This document shows, piece by piece, positions 8,688 through 20,108 of a DNA stretch of 64,000 nucleotides. Origin of the DNA: Thermoanaerobaculia bacterium (GTDB lineage Bacteria > Acidobacteriota > Thermoanaerobaculia > UBA5066); assembly GCA_963719225.1 (NCBI GenBank), contig CAVRAY010000001.1, forward strand, positions 1,536,001-1,600,000, written 5' to 3'. A program made the translations under genes and the position numbers. The notes beneath the pieces were generated by a model. It was not told the DNA's origin, made no database searches, and saw only the letters and a program-made list of their open reading frames with translations. Numbering within the stretch: the first letter of the stretch is position 1; the number at the start of each line of letters is the position of its first letter.

Positions 8688-9734
8688 ATGACTGATCCCG
8701 TCTCGGACTTTCGCTCCGACACCGTCACGAAACCCACCGTGAAAATGCGGCGCGCGATGGCCGAGGCGGAAGTCGGCGACGACGTCTACGGGGAGGATCC
8801 GACGGTCCGGCGCCTGGAAGAGAGGACGGCCGAGATTCTCGGCAAGGAGGCGGCTCTCTTCGTCCCGACGGGCTCGATGGGCAACCAGCTCTCGCTGCGC
8901 GTCCACGGCAGGTCCGGCACGGAGGTCATCCTCGAAGGCAGGAGCCACATCTTCCATTACGAGATGGCCGGCATGGCCGCCCTCTCGGGCCTCCTGCCGC
9001 GTCCCATCGACGCGCCGCGCGGCCGGATGACGGCGGACCAGGTAGCGGCGTGGATCCGGCCCGATACGGTCTACTACCTGCCGCGAACGTCCGTTCTCGC
9101 CCTCGAGAACACGCACAATTTCGCCGGCGGCGCCGTGGTCCCGCGCTCGATCATCGATCCGCTCCTCGCCCTCGCGAAGGAGAAGGGGCTCGCGACGCAC
9201 CTCGACGGCGCGCGCCTGTGGAACGCGGCGGCGGCGCTGGGCGTCTCCGAGGCGTCGCTCGCGGCGGGCTTCGACTCCGTCATGACCTGCTTTTCGAAGG
9301 GCCTGCGTGCGCCGGTAGGCAGCGCCGTGGCGGGATCGAAGGCCTTCGTCGCCGAGGCGCGGCGCGTCCGCAAGCTCTTCGGGGGCGGCATGCGACAGGT
9401 GGGCGTCATCGCGGCGGCGGCGCTCGTGGCGCTCGAGGACGAGCGCGAACGGTTGCCGGAGGACCATGCTCGAGCGAAGAAGCTCGCGGAGGGACTCGCC
9501 GGCATTCGCGGGATCACGCTCGACGTGATGGCCGTCGAAACCAATATCGTGTTTTTCTTCTTAGAAGGGGAATGGGGGTCTGCCGCGGATGTCGTGGCCA
9601 AGCTGCGCGCGCTGGGTGTTCTGGCAGGCGCCGCGGGTACGAACTCCATCCGCATGGTCACGCATGCCGACGTGAACGACATCGACGTCGCGCGCGCGCT
9701 CCGCGCATTGGAGGAGATCGCGGCAGGCCGTTGA
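8688..9734 (+). CDS. ltaE: Low-specificity L-threonine aldolase
   Basis: DFRSDTVTKP, GDDVYGEDPTV, HLDGARLWNA, CFSKGL (PLP lysine), GGGMRQ. Confidence 0.95.
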   Translation: MTDPVSDFRSDTVTKPTVKMRRAMAEAEVGDDVYGEDPTVRRLEERTAEILGKEAALFVPTGSMGNQLSLRVHGRSGTEVILEGRSHIFHYEMAGMAALSGLLPRPIDAPRGRMTADQVAAWIRPDTVYYLPRTSVLALENTHNFAGGAVVPRSIIDPLLALAKEKGLATHLDGARLWNAAAALGVSEASLAAGFDSVMTCFSKGLRAPVGSAVAGSKAFVAEARRVRKLFGGGMRQVGVIAAAALVALEDERERLPEDHARAKKLAEGLAGIRGITLDVMAVETNIVFFFLEGEWGSAADVVAKLRALGVLAGAAGTNSIRMVTHADVNDIDVARALRALEEIAAGR

Positions 9735-9753
9735 CGGCTGCGGAGAGCGGGCG

Positions 9754-10751
<998 letters not shown>

Positions 10752-10755
<4 letters not shown>

Positions 10756-11774
10756 CGAGAGGCCTCCCGTTCCAGGGCGTAGAAGCGCTCGAGCAGCTCC
10801 ACCGCGCGGTGCGCGTAGCCCCAGCCCGCGTCGTACCACGAGAGAGTCTTGGAGACGTTCTCGCCGAGGGTCATCGTGGCCCGGGAGTCGAACGTGGAGG
10901 AGAACCTGCTCTGGGCGATGTCGCTCGAGACGATCGGCTCGGTCTCGTACGCCATGATTCCCTTCCACTTTGCCGCGATGGCCGTTCGGACCACCTCGTT
11001 GATCGCGGTGATGGTCACATTCTTCTCGTGCCAGCACACGAGGTCGACCGCCGAGCCGTTCGGAACGGGCACGTTCATGGCGGCGCCGACGACCTTCCCG
11101 GCAAGCTCGGGGATCAGCTCCTGCAGCATCCCGGGAGAGCGCGATTCCTGCGGAATGATGTTCTCGGCCGCGGCCCGGCCGCGGCGCATGTCTTCGGCCG
11201 GAACGTCCGCGAGCCGGTGCTGGTTCGTGTAGGAGTGCATCGTCGTGAAGAGCAGCTTCTTGATGCCGAACGCGTCGAGCAGGATCTTCGCGAGCGGCGC
11301 CACGCAGTGGACGGTGGAGGACGCGCTCGACACGATGCGGTGCTCTTTCCTGACGAGATGGTCGTTGATCCCGTTCACGACCGTCAGGTCGAGGGAATCC
11401 ACGGGCGGCTCGCAGAGAATGACGCGCTTCGCGCCTGCCTGAAGGTGCTTCTCCAGCTCGGCCCGGGTCAGCTTCCGCGCCGTCGCCTCGACGACCGTGT
11501 CGACGCCGAGCTCTTTCCAGGGTGGCGTCGCGCCCTTCTCCTGGTTCGTGAGGAGTGCGATCTGGCGCCCGACGACGTAGAGATGCCCTTCCCTGGCGCT
11601 GATCTCGTCCGGGAAGCGGCCGAAGAGGGTGTCGAACTTCAGCAGGTACTCGACCGACGCCGCATCGCCCAGGTCGCTGACCGCGCCGATCCGGATGTCG
11701 TCCCTCTTGTAGAGGATCCGGAAGACGTTTCGTCCGATTCTTCCGAAGCCCATGATGCCCACGGTCATGGTCAT
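10752..11774 (-). CDS. GAPDH-family paralog lacking the catalytic cysteine
   Basis: Colinear with GAPDH over its full length (GFGRIGR, YLLKFDT, RGRAAAENIIP, PIVSSDI), but the active-site motif reads SSASSTVHC. Confidence 0.9.
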
Positions 11775-11801
11775 GACGATGTCGCGCTCTTTCCGAGCCC
11801 C

Positions 11802-13889
11802 CTACGGGAGGATCGTCCTCGGGTCGCTCGTCGTGTTGTCGATGACGGCGGCGTACGTCCCCACCTGCGCGCCCGTCGTCGCCGTCGACACGACCAGGAC
11901 CGCGTTCGTCGTGCCGAAGGGCGCGCCGAGCGCGGTGACCACGTGGCCGATCTGCGTCATCCCGAGCGGAGACAGCGTCCGGTTGGTCGTGCCGAACGTC
12001 GAGCCGTCCGCGGCAAGCAGAGTAAGAGTCACGGTGACGGTGGAGGTGGTCGCGTTCGCGAGGATGAGGTTCGCCCGGAACGCGGCGTCCTCGCGCAGGC
12101 CGACGAGGGACTTCGGCGAGGCCGGGGTGACGAAGTCGTTGGTGGTCTGTGCCGGAACGGACTGACCGAAGGTGCCCACGCCGCTCGGCGTCGGCGTGGA
12201 GGTCTGGCTGACGATCTTGAGCGACGCGGAGTCGGCCGTGATGAGGATCGCGCCGTAGTTCTGCGCGTCCGTGGCATTTACGGCGAAGAGCGAGGCGAGG
12301 ACGTCGGCATAGGTCACGGCCTTGTTCGCGGCGAGGGCGCGGAGCTGCTTCGGTCCCCCGGTGCCGTCCTGGTCGTGCCCCAGGAACTGGATCGTGAGGT
12401 TCGCGTCCGTCGCGCCCCGGTTCGCGATCGTCAGGTCCGTCGTGTAGAAGGCGTTGATTCCGCTCAAGTGGGCGCTCGAGGGCAGGAGGTAGGTCGTCGT
12501 CGGGCCGCTCGAGCCGGCGAACCAGCCGATGTCGTTGAACAGGGGGAGCGTGGCGTCCACTCCAATCGGCAGGTCGGAGTTGATGTTCGGCTCCATGAGA
12601 AGGTTCGGAGACGCCGACGAGTCGAAGTGCGACACCGATGAGCCGGCTATGCGTGGGTTAGGGGCATAAAGGAGCAGCCGGCCCGCCGCGTCCGCGCCGG
12701 CGACGAGCGTCGCGTCGGTCCCCAGGTTCGCGGAAGCGGGAGTGTTCGCGCGGAGGGTGGCGCCGTTCGCCATCGTGATCAGGACCGAGGGAATCGTGAT
12801 CGTGGCGTCCGTGCCGGACATTCCAATGAGGCCCTGGACGGCGTTGTCCGCGATGACGGCCGCGATCGCGCCCGCGTTCTGGGCGTTCTTGACCTTGACC
12901 GTGAAGTTGCACGTTCCGCGGTCCATGAGGGCGATCTTCCCGGAGACGTTCGACGTGATCGCGGTGCAGCCGTCCGTGGCGGACCCCGACGTCGCCGCGA
13001 CGATCTGCCCCGTGACGCCTGGATTCGAGAGGGGGGGGCCGAAGGAGGCTGTGCCCACGGAGTACATCCCCGCCGCGGCGGCGGGTGCCGTCACGAGCAG
13101 CCGCTGCCGCTTGCCGAGGTACGAGGCCGCGAACGCGTTCGCCGCGGCACCGGACCACGCGAGATTGCCCGAGTTGACCTGAGACGTCGCGCGCTGCGTG
13201 CTCGAGAGCTTGTCCCAGGTCTGGCCGAGCGTGTCGTCGTAGATGAAGCGGTCGAAGATCGCGGGTATGCTGCCCTGGAAGGAACCGTTGGAAGTCGCGA
13301 CGGAGACGAACCCGAGCCCGTGAGCGAACTCGTGCAGGGCGACCGTGAGGAAGTTGATGTTGTTGCCGTGGAGGTTGTCGAGGCCGAGATAGAAGGAGGC
13401 CCCCGTCAGGCAGCCCGTCATATCCGACCCGGCCGGAGCCGGCTTCCCGAGATCGCTGTTGAACTGCGCCGTCATGTCGAACGTCGCGGAGTCGAGGTCC
13501 GAGCCCACGTACTTGTTTGCCTGCGCCTTCACGTACCAGGTCCCCGCCAGGGGAGCGCCCGTGAAATCGGCGTAGACCAGGTTCGCGAACGTCGAGCCCA
13601 GCGTGCCCGTCGTTGCGTTGCACTCGAGGGGAGCAAAGCTCGCGCTCACGCGGATCGTGACATTGCTCGTGAGGAGCCCGCCCCAGATCGCGCCGGCCTG
13701 CTCGAACACTTTGAGCCTCTGCTGGCCGAGCGTCGTGCCCGCGTTTCCGCCGACGGGGGAGACGGGAGTCGGGTCGTTGAGGCCGGTTCCCGCCGGATCG
13801 GTGTTGACGATGACGATGTTCGCCGCGAGGAGAGGCCGCGCCGCGAGCGAGGCAAAAAGAACCAGCGGAATGAGCGAACGGCGCGTCAT
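11802..13889 (-). CDS. Secreted zinc metalloprotease with PA domain and C-terminal beta-rich domain
   Basis: Signal peptide; HEFAHGLG zincin motif; PA domain GKIALMDRGTCNFTVKVKNAQNAGA; GSSVSHFD and LLMEP Met-turn. Confidence 0.85.
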   Translation of the reverse strand: MTRRSLIPLVLFASLAARPLLAANIVIVNTDPAGTGLNDPTPVSPVGGNAGTTLGQQRLKVFEQAGAIWGGLLTSNVTIRVSASFAPLECNATTGTLGSTFANLVYADFTGAPLAGTWYVKAQANKYVGSDLDSATFDMTAQFNSDLGKPAPAGSDMTGCLTGASFYLGLDNLHGNNINFLTVALHEFAHGLGFVSVATSNGSFQGSIPAIFDRFIYDDTLGQTWDKLSSTQRATSQVNSGNLAWSGAAANAFAASYLGKRQRLLVTAPAAAAGMYSVGTASFGPPLSNPGVTGQIVAATSGSATDGCTAITSNVSGKIALMDRGTCNFTVKVKNAQNAGAIAAVIADNAVQGLIGMSGTDATITIPSVLITMANGATLRANTPASANLGTDATLVAGADAAGRLLLYAPNPRIAGSSVSHFDSSASPNLLMEPNINSDLPIGVDATLPLFNDIGWFAGSSGPTTTYLLPSSAHLSGINAFYTTDLTIANRGATDANLTIQFLGHDQDGTGGPKQLRALAANKAVTYADVLASLFAVNATDAQNYGAILITADSASLKIVSQTSTPTPSGVGTFGQSVPAQTTNDFVTPASPKSLVGLREDAAFRANLILANATTSTVTVTLTLLAADGSTFGTTNRTLSPLGMTQIGHVVTALGAPFGTTNAVLVVSTATTGAQVGTYAAVIDNTTSDPRTILP

Positions 13890-13896
13890 GTTCGGC

Positions 13897-14337
13897 CTAC
13901 TTCTCGCGGGCCGCGGGGGCCGGAGCGGCCGCCGGGGCCGCTTCGAGGAAGGCGCGCGCCTCTTCTGCGCCGTGCACGCATGCGCTCGTGAACGTCCCGT
14001 CCGGATTTCGCCTCATCACGGACAAGCTCGCCTGATCCGGACCGAGCCGCATCATCTTCGTTCCGTCCGGCAGCGTGACGACCTGGGGCTCGGCCGTGAC
14101 CAGAGCTCGCCGCCCCAGGAGCTGGCGGGCCTCCTCGGGAGTCAGGGGGCGCAGGGCGCCCGTGACCGGATCGCGCGCGACGGTCAGGCCGGAGCCGGCC
14201 GACGCGGGCTTTGCCGTCCGGGCCGCAGGGGCCTTCTTCGCCTTTTCTTTCTGTGGGGCGCTCGCCGCTGTCTCGTCGGCGCGAACGGGGAGAAAAAGCA
14301 GGATTGCGAGGATCGAGAGGCAGCGGACGAGGTGCAT
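13897..14337 (-). CDS. Secreted small protein with DPxTGxLR motif (post-PEP-CTERM-1-like)
   Basis: Signal peptide; ARDPVTGALRPLTPEEARQL; LPDGT and NPDGT repeats; SD AAGGAG; 7 nt upstream of the protease. Confidence 0.65.
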   Translation of the reverse strand: MHLVRCLSILAILLFLPVRADETAASAPQKEKAKKAPAARTAKPASAGSGLTVARDPVTGALRPLTPEEARQLLGRRALVTAEPQVVTLPDGTKMMRLGPDQASLSVMRRNPDGTFTSACVHGAEEARAFLEAAPAAAPAPAAREK

Positions 14338-14378
14338 GAAAGGGCTCCTTCCCGCCCGACCGTGCCGGGGCGAGGCCC

Positions 14379-14765
14379 CTATCCTACGCGGACCACGAGG
14401 TCGATCTCCACCCGGGCTCCCGCTGGCAGTGCCGCGACAGCCACGGTCGACCGCGCCGGGCGGTGGGCGCCGAAGCGCGCCGAAAAGACCTCGTTCATCT
14501 TCGCGAAGTCGCCCATGTCGACGAGGTACACGCCCGCGCGGACGACGTCCGAGAGCGTGGCGCCCGCCCCCGCGAGGACGGCCTCGAGGTTGTCGAAGAC
14601 GCGCTGGGTCTGGGCCGCGACGTCGCCCTCGACGAGCTTGCCGGTGGCCGGGTCGAGGCCGACCTGGCCGGCGGTGAAGAGGAAGCCTCCGGCCACGATT
14701 CCCTGTGCGTAAGGGCCGATCGCTTTCGGAGCGTTACCGACGGAGATGGTACGGAGATCGCTCAT
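14379..14765 (-). CDS. RidA/YjgF family enamine deaminase
   Basis: APKAIGPYAQG, FAKMNEVF, RPARSTVAVAALP..ARVEID. Confidence 0.93.
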   Translation of the reverse strand: MSDLRTISVGNAPKAIGPYAQGIVAGGFLFTAGQVGLDPATGKLVEGDVAAQTQRVFDNLEAVLAGAGATLSDVVRAGVYLVDMGDFAKMNEVFSARFGAHRPARSTVAVAALPAGARVEIDLVVRVG

Positions 14766-14836
14766 ACGCCGAATCGGACTATACCGGGTGAAATGAACAT
14801 AACGGATCAGGGCGGCGGATCCGTCCCCTGGAGATT

Positions 14837-15896
14837 TCACTCCACGCGGTTGAACCCGTGCGCGAGCCGTGAGATTTCGATCCGCTGAGGCAGATGGCTG
14901 CCTTCCAGCCAGATGATGCGCTGGGCGTCGACGGTCTGGGCGACGACCTCGAAGGCCTGGACGAGCTTCGGAAAGGAGGAGCCGTCGAGCAGAGTGCCGC
15001 CGAATGCGGCGGCAGTCACTCTCGACCGTTTGTCCACGTCGATCACGAAGAGAGGCACCGAAATCGACTTCAGGTAATGCGCGAGCCCTTCCGATGTGAG
15101 GTCGCTCCGGTCGGCCGGAGTCGGCCCCGCCAGGAGGATCACGGCCCGACGCCGGTTGTTTCGAGCAGCCGACATGCCCGCCACGGCGAGCGCGTCGCGC
15201 AGCTTCTGATCTTCGCGCACGGCCGGACGCCTGGGGGAGAAGAGAAACTTCCTTAGCCGCAATAGTGCAGGCTCCTCGGGGTAGATTTCGTAGCTCCGAA
15301 AGCCTTGGAGTCGTCTCTCCGGAACCGCCGACATATACCGGAGCCGCTGACCTTTCAAGACGCGTAACCCGGGGCGGCTCAATTCGGCGATATGCCAGAG
15401 CGCCGTCCAGGCGCTCGCGTCCACGACGGCGACGATCTCCGCGGGCCCCTCTTCGGTGCTCACGGCGCGAAGGGGCTGGCCCGCGTCGACAAACCAACCG
15501 TCCATCGTGTCGGGCGCCGGGAGCTTCGCGTCCTCGGAAACGCTCACGAGAGCCGCCGTGAGCTCGGTCTGCATCCCGTCCTTCTGCCATCCGCCGAAAG
15601 AGATCTCAGTGGATGCCGTGATCTTCTGCGGGAAGTCGAGGTCGGCCCGAAGGATGTGCATCTCTCCCGGAGTGAAATCGGGCAGGAGGACCCGAGATCG
15701 CACCTGGCTCCGGAGCGGACGGCCGTCGAAGCTCAGTCGAATGTGGGTAGGATCGACGGCGATGGTCGATTCCCACGACACGGTGGCGACGCGGCCTCTT
15801 CCGCCGGTACCAGGCAGTAGCACGAGTGACGCGTCGGCCATGCCCGTTTGCCGGTCCTATAACGAGCCCGAGAAAGAACGTGGCGAAGGCGATCAT
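14837..15896 (-). pseudogene. VWA-like paralog copy 1 with a 200-bp frameshifting deletion near the 5' end (the 334-aa ORF 14837-15841 remains open)
   Basis: Starts MIAFATFFLGLVIGPAN like copy 2, then jumps to MADASLVL in another frame. ATG-to-ATG distance is 55 nt versus 255 nt in copy 2. Confidence 0.75.
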
Positions 15897-15897
15897 T

Positions 15898-17535
15898 TCA
15901 GTTTCCCAGATCGAGAAACGCGTAGCCAAGCCGGTTCGTGCCGAGGTCGCGGACGCCGACCCAGAAGCGACCCTTCGCAAGACGCTCTTGAACGTAACGG
16001 CTCGAATACCTGTAGACGGTCTGAGGATTGACGTCTGCGTGGCCGTCCGGAATGTGAAGGGAGACGGGCTGCATCTGGAGCGGAGAGACCCGGCCCTCGG
16101 CGTCGATCGCCATCATGAGGACCTCGACGTTCGCCGTGCGCCCATCCCGGCCCGGGGTGAACTGGATTTCCGAGAGAGGGATCAGCACGTCGACCTCGAG
16201 GCCCTTCTCGTTCCCCTTCGCGGATTTTTCGCCGGGGGCCTCGAGGCTGATCTCGAAGTCGGGCTCAGGGGGATCCTCGGACAGCAGCAGGGCGGCGAAT
16301 CGCCCTCGCGACGTCTCTTCACTCGTGAGCGTGCGCTGCCCAGGAGCCGTGCGGACGGAGAGACCCGGGCGCGCGACCTCGACTCGGATCTCGCGCCGGT
16401 TCGAGGTCCCGTCCGGGGGCGTGAAGCCGAGCCGGTACCTGCGGCCAAGCCGCCGCGCCTCGTCTCTGAGCAGCTTATCTGGCGCGTTCGAGCCGCTGAG
16501 CCGTGCCCCTCCCGTAGCGGTGGCGATATCGGCGAAGGTGTCGAGACGGGAGGCAAGCGACAGGGGCGGCTCGCTCGCCGGCAGATCCGACGCATGCGTA
16601 TTCGAGGTGACGACGGAACCCTGGGGGCGAATCTTCGCCTCGCTGGCGTCTATTTCCGGAGAGATGGCGACCCCTGCCGGATCCAGGCAGATCACGGTCG
16701 CCTTCGCCAGGAGAGCCAATTCCACGGCTTCGTCTCGTTCGGAGTGAAAGTCGAAGGGATTCTTGGGTCTCTCGAGCTCCCGCGGCTTTTCTTTCCAGCT
16801 CGGGCCAAATCTACCCGCGTTGGCATCACGCGCCACGCTCGCCAGGTCTTCCGGGTCAAACACGCCGGACCGCGGCAGGTAGCCCGCGAGGATGACGACC
16901 GTTTTCGCTTCGGGGCGGCTGGAAAGGGTGCGAAAGAGATAAGAGAATCCGCGCAGCGCCTGGCTCGACATCGACACCCAATCAGGCGCATAGGGCTGAC
17001 TGTAGGAGCTGGGCGGCTTTCGCCCGACCAGCTCCAGCGTGTCTTTCGCCAGGCGCCGGTCGGGCGTGAAGCGCTGCAACATCTTCATCCCGAGGTCGAA
17101 GACATAGACGGCGACCTCTTCCTCGGGCGGAAGCGTTTCCAAGTGCCGCTCCATGGCGAACAGTCCCTGGCGCCGGGATCCGAGATCGAGATGAAAGTTG
17201 TCGATCAGGTAGACGGTGCTGTGTGGGGGACGGGCAGGCGATGCTGCCGCTGGCGCCTCCTGTGCTCGACGGGACTCGGCGGAGGGGCGGGAGGCGCTCG
17301 GCCCGCTTTCCTCGGCCGGGGGCGGCTCGATCCAGTCGATCGGCGAGGGCCGGCCATTCACGTAGAGCCTGAACTCGTCCTTTCGGAGATCCAGGACGGG
17401 CCGGCCCTTCCGGTCCTGGACGAGCACCTGCGCCTCAGCGGATTTGACTTGTACAGCCGCGGTAGCTGGCGGTGCGGCCGGCTCCTGACCGAGCAACGGC
17501 GACGAAAGCAGAAGGCACCCGAGAAGTGCCCTCAT
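15898..17535 (-). CDS. Secreted VWA-domain protein (Acidobacterial VWFA-related)
   Basis: Signal peptide; VLVQDRKGRPVLDLRKDEFRLYVNGRP; FADIATATGG; YRLGFTP; RREIRVEVARPGLSVR; ATGA overlap with copy 2. Confidence 0.85.
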   Translation of the reverse strand: MRALLGCLLLSSPLLGQEPAAPPATAAVQVKSAEAQVLVQDRKGRPVLDLRKDEFRLYVNGRPSPIDWIEPPPAEESGPSASRPSAESRRAQEAPAAASPARPPHSTVYLIDNFHLDLGSRRQGLFAMERHLETLPPEEEVAVYVFDLGMKMLQRFTPDRRLAKDTLELVGRKPPSSYSQPYAPDWVSMSSQALRGFSYLFRTLSSRPEAKTVVILAGYLPRSGVFDPEDLASVARDANAGRFGPSWKEKPRELERPKNPFDFHSERDEAVELALLAKATVICLDPAGVAISPEIDASEAKIRPQGSVVTSNTHASDLPASEPPLSLASRLDTFADIATATGGARLSGSNAPDKLLRDEARRLGRRYRLGFTPPDGTSNRREIRVEVARPGLSVRTAPGQRTLTSEETSRGRFAALLLSEDPPEPDFEISLEAPGEKSAKGNEKGLEVDVLIPLSEIQFTPGRDGRTANVEVLMMAIDAEGRVSPLQMQPVSLHIPDGHADVNPQTVYRYSSRYVQERLAKGRFWVGVRDLGTNRLGYAFLDLGN

Positions 17536-18794
17536 AGGTCCACCCGGGTCAGTCCGTGTGCGAGCCCGGAAATTCCGATCCGCTGAGGCAGGTGCCTGCC
17601 CTCCAGCCACACGATGGTCTGGGCGTCGACGGCCCGCGTGACGAGATCGAAAGCCTGAACGAGCTTCGGAAAGCTCGAGCCGTCGAGGTGGGTGCCGCCG
17701 AATGCGGCGGCGGTTTCTCTCGATGTTTTGTCCAGGCCGATCACGAAGAGAGGCACTGAAATCGACCTCAGATAATGTGCGAGCCGTTCGGAGGTCAGGT
17801 CGCTCCGGTCAACCGGAGTCGGCCCCGCCAGGAGGACCACGGCCCGACGCCGGTCGTTCCTGGCGGCCGACATGCCCGCCATGGCGAGCGCGTCGCGGAG
17901 CTGCTGGTCCTCGCGCACGACCGGATGGCTGAAGAAGAGCAGCGTCCTGAGCGGCAAGAGAGCCAGCGCCTCGGGAAAGGCCGCGTAGCTCCGGGAGCCC
18001 TGGAGTCGCCGCTCCGGGACCGGCGACATGTACCGGAGCTCCTGGCCTTTCAGGACGCGCAGCCCGGGACGGTCCCATAAGGCGATGCGTGAGAGCGCCC
18101 TCCAGCCGCTCGTGTCCACGACGGCGACGATCTCCGCGGGCCCTTCCTCTTCTGTGCTGACGGCGCGCAGCGGCTGGCCCTCGTCGACGAACCAACCATC
18201 CATCGCGTCAGGCGCCGGGATCCTCTCACCCTTCGGAACGCTCACGATCGCCGCCGTGAGCTCCGTCTGCGTCTCGTCGCTCTGCCGTCCTCCGAAAGCG
18301 ATTTCCGCCGACGCCGTGACCCTTCCCGGGAAGTCGAGCTCGGCCCGAAGGAAGTGCACCTTGTCGGGAGCGAAATCGGGCAAGAGGATTCGGGACGGAA
18401 TCTGCTTCAAGAGCGGACGGCCGTCGAAGCTCAGTCGAATGTGAACAGGATCGGCGGTGACGGTCGATTCCCACGACAGGGTGGCGACGCGTCCTTTTCC
18501 ACCCGCACCCGGCACGAGGACGAGAGACGCGTCGGCCATCCTCGGGTACCGGTTGATCCATCTGCGGACCCTCGCCGTCTCGCGGCCCTGGGCATCCCGG
18601 GCTACCGCGACGAGAACGTGCGGCTCGGGAAGCCTGCCAAAGTCCACGACCAGCTTCCAGGGTGCGCTCGTCAGGACGCCGACGGATGTGTCGTCCAGGA
18701 ACAGCTCCACTCGGGCTACACCTTCGCCAGGTACAATCTCGACGTTCGCCGGCCCCATCACGAGCCCGAGGAAGAACGTGGCGAAGGCGATCAT
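17532..18794 (-). CDS. Ig-like plus degenerate VWA-fold protein, paralog copy 2 (intact)
   Basis: MIAFATFFLGLV; VARVELFLD...APW...LVAVARDAQG (Ig-like); LRDALA..RRRAVVLL..D.S...VPLFVI (VWA-like). Confidence 0.75.
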   Translation of the reverse strand: MIAFATFFLGLVMGPANVEIVPGEGVARVELFLDDTSVGVLTSAPWKLVVDFGRLPEPHVLVAVARDAQGRETARVRRWINRYPRMADASLVLVPGAGGKGRVATLSWESTVTADPVHIRLSFDGRPLLKQIPSRILLPDFAPDKVHFLRAELDFPGRVTASAEIAFGGRQSDETQTELTAAIVSVPKGERIPAPDAMDGWFVDEGQPLRAVSTEEEGPAEIVAVVDTSGWRALSRIALWDRPGLRVLKGQELRYMSPVPERRLQGSRSYAAFPEALALLPLRTLLFFSHPVVREDQQLRDALAMAGMSAARNDRRRAVVLLAGPTPVDRSDLTSERLAHYLRSISVPLFVIGLDKTSRETAAAFGGTHLDGSSFPKLVQAFDLVTRAVDAQTIVWLEGRHLPQRIGISGLAHGLTRVDL

Positions 18795-18908
18795 TCCCAC
18801 TTCTAACCCCTCCCGAAGGCGGTCAGTCAAGCCTCTTATGTGGCTCGAAACGGCCGAGGTCAATGATTCAGATGACCCCGGCGACCGAAAGGTCGTGCGT
18901 AAGAGCGC

Positions 18909-19640
18909 TCAGTCCACGCGGGTCAGCCCGCGCGCAACCTCTGAGATCCCGATCCTCTGGGGCAGGTGCCTTCCGTCCAGCCAAAGGATGCGCTGGGAGT
19001 CGACGGCCCGGGCGACCACCTCGAAGGCCTGAACGAGCTTCGGGAAGGACGAGCCATCGAGCTGAGTGCCGCCGAATGCGGCGGCAGTCTCTCTCGACCG
19101 ATTGTCCACGTCGATCACGAAGAGAGGCACCGAGATCGACCTCAGGTAGTGCGTGAGCCCCTCCGAGGTCAGGTCGCTCCGGTCGGCCGGCGTTGGCCCC
19201 GCCAGGAGGATCACGGCCCTTCGCCGGTTGTTCCGGGCGGCCGACATGCCCGCCACGGCGAGCGCGTCGCGTAGCCGCTGCTCCTCGGGAGCGACCGGGT
19301 ACCGGGAGTGGAACAGAAACCTCTCGAGCGTTATTGGGGTCGCCGACTCCGGATAGATCGAGTAGCTCCGGGAGCCCTGGAATCGCCGCTCTGGAACCGG
19401 CGACATGAACCGCAGCTCCTGACCTTTCAGGACGCGTAACCCAGGGTGGGACCATTTGGGCATGAGTCCGAGTGCCGTCCATGCGCTCGCGTCCCTGATG
19501 ACGACGATTTCCGCAGGCCCCTCCTCCGTACTCACGACACGCAGCGGGCGGCCCTCGTCGGCGAACCAACCGTTCATCATGTCGGGCGCCGGAAGCTTCG
19601 CGCCCTTTGGAACGCTTGCAAGAGCCGCCGTGAGCTCCGC
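18909..19640 (-). pseudogene. VWA-like paralog copy 3, 5'-truncated
   Basis: Homology to copies 1 and 2 begins abruptly at AELTAAL, right after an in-frame TAG (19641-19643); the N-terminal half is missing. Confidence 0.75.
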
Positions 19641-19736
19641 CTAGCCGTTGAGCTTGATATCGTTAAGTGGCGTACCCGTAAGTGTCCATTGCCCGCGGCT
19701 CGCTTCTTGCGGTATTTCGCTCGGAGGCCAAGGCCG

Positions 19737-20108
19737 ATGAAATCCTCGATGCTTCTGGCCATTCGAGCTAGGGGCCCTGCACTGCTTGCCTTGCTCGCAC
19801 TCGGCTCGCTGCTCACCTGCGACAGAGAGCATTCTTCGCCGTTCGAGCCGGTCGAGGACACCAGGCCAGGTCACCTCAGTCTAATGGTCGGCATTCCCTG
19901 TGGAACCGTCTCGGTGGCCACCGTATTCCTCGACGGCCGGGCAGATGGAGAGATGAAGATCCCTGGCGGTTTCTACGTCGATGTACCCGTCGGTCTCCAT
20001 ACCTTTCAGATTGGCGCCTACTCGTACGTCATATCCTTTCAGGTCGACCACGGTGAGACAGCCACCTTCACCAACGGCTCCTTCGTGTGCCCTCAGACTA
20101 CCCCCTAG
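19737..20108 (+). CDS. Putative lipoprotein with PEGA-like beta domain
   Basis: SD GGAGG; LLALLALGSLLTC lipobox-like; ATVFLDG...VPVGLHT...V..GET; atypical codon usage. Confidence 0.55.
   Translation: MKSSMLLAIRARGPALLALLALGSLLTCDREHSSPFEPVEDTRPGHLSLMVGIPCGTVSVATVFLDGRADGEMKIPGGFYVDVPVGLHTFQIGAYSYVISFQVDHGETATFTNGSFVCPQTTP

Noticed and set aside
14837-19640. Diversity-generating retroelement (template/variable repeats)
   Set aside because: No reverse transcriptase is in the window, and the differences between copies include indels and do not look adenine-specific.
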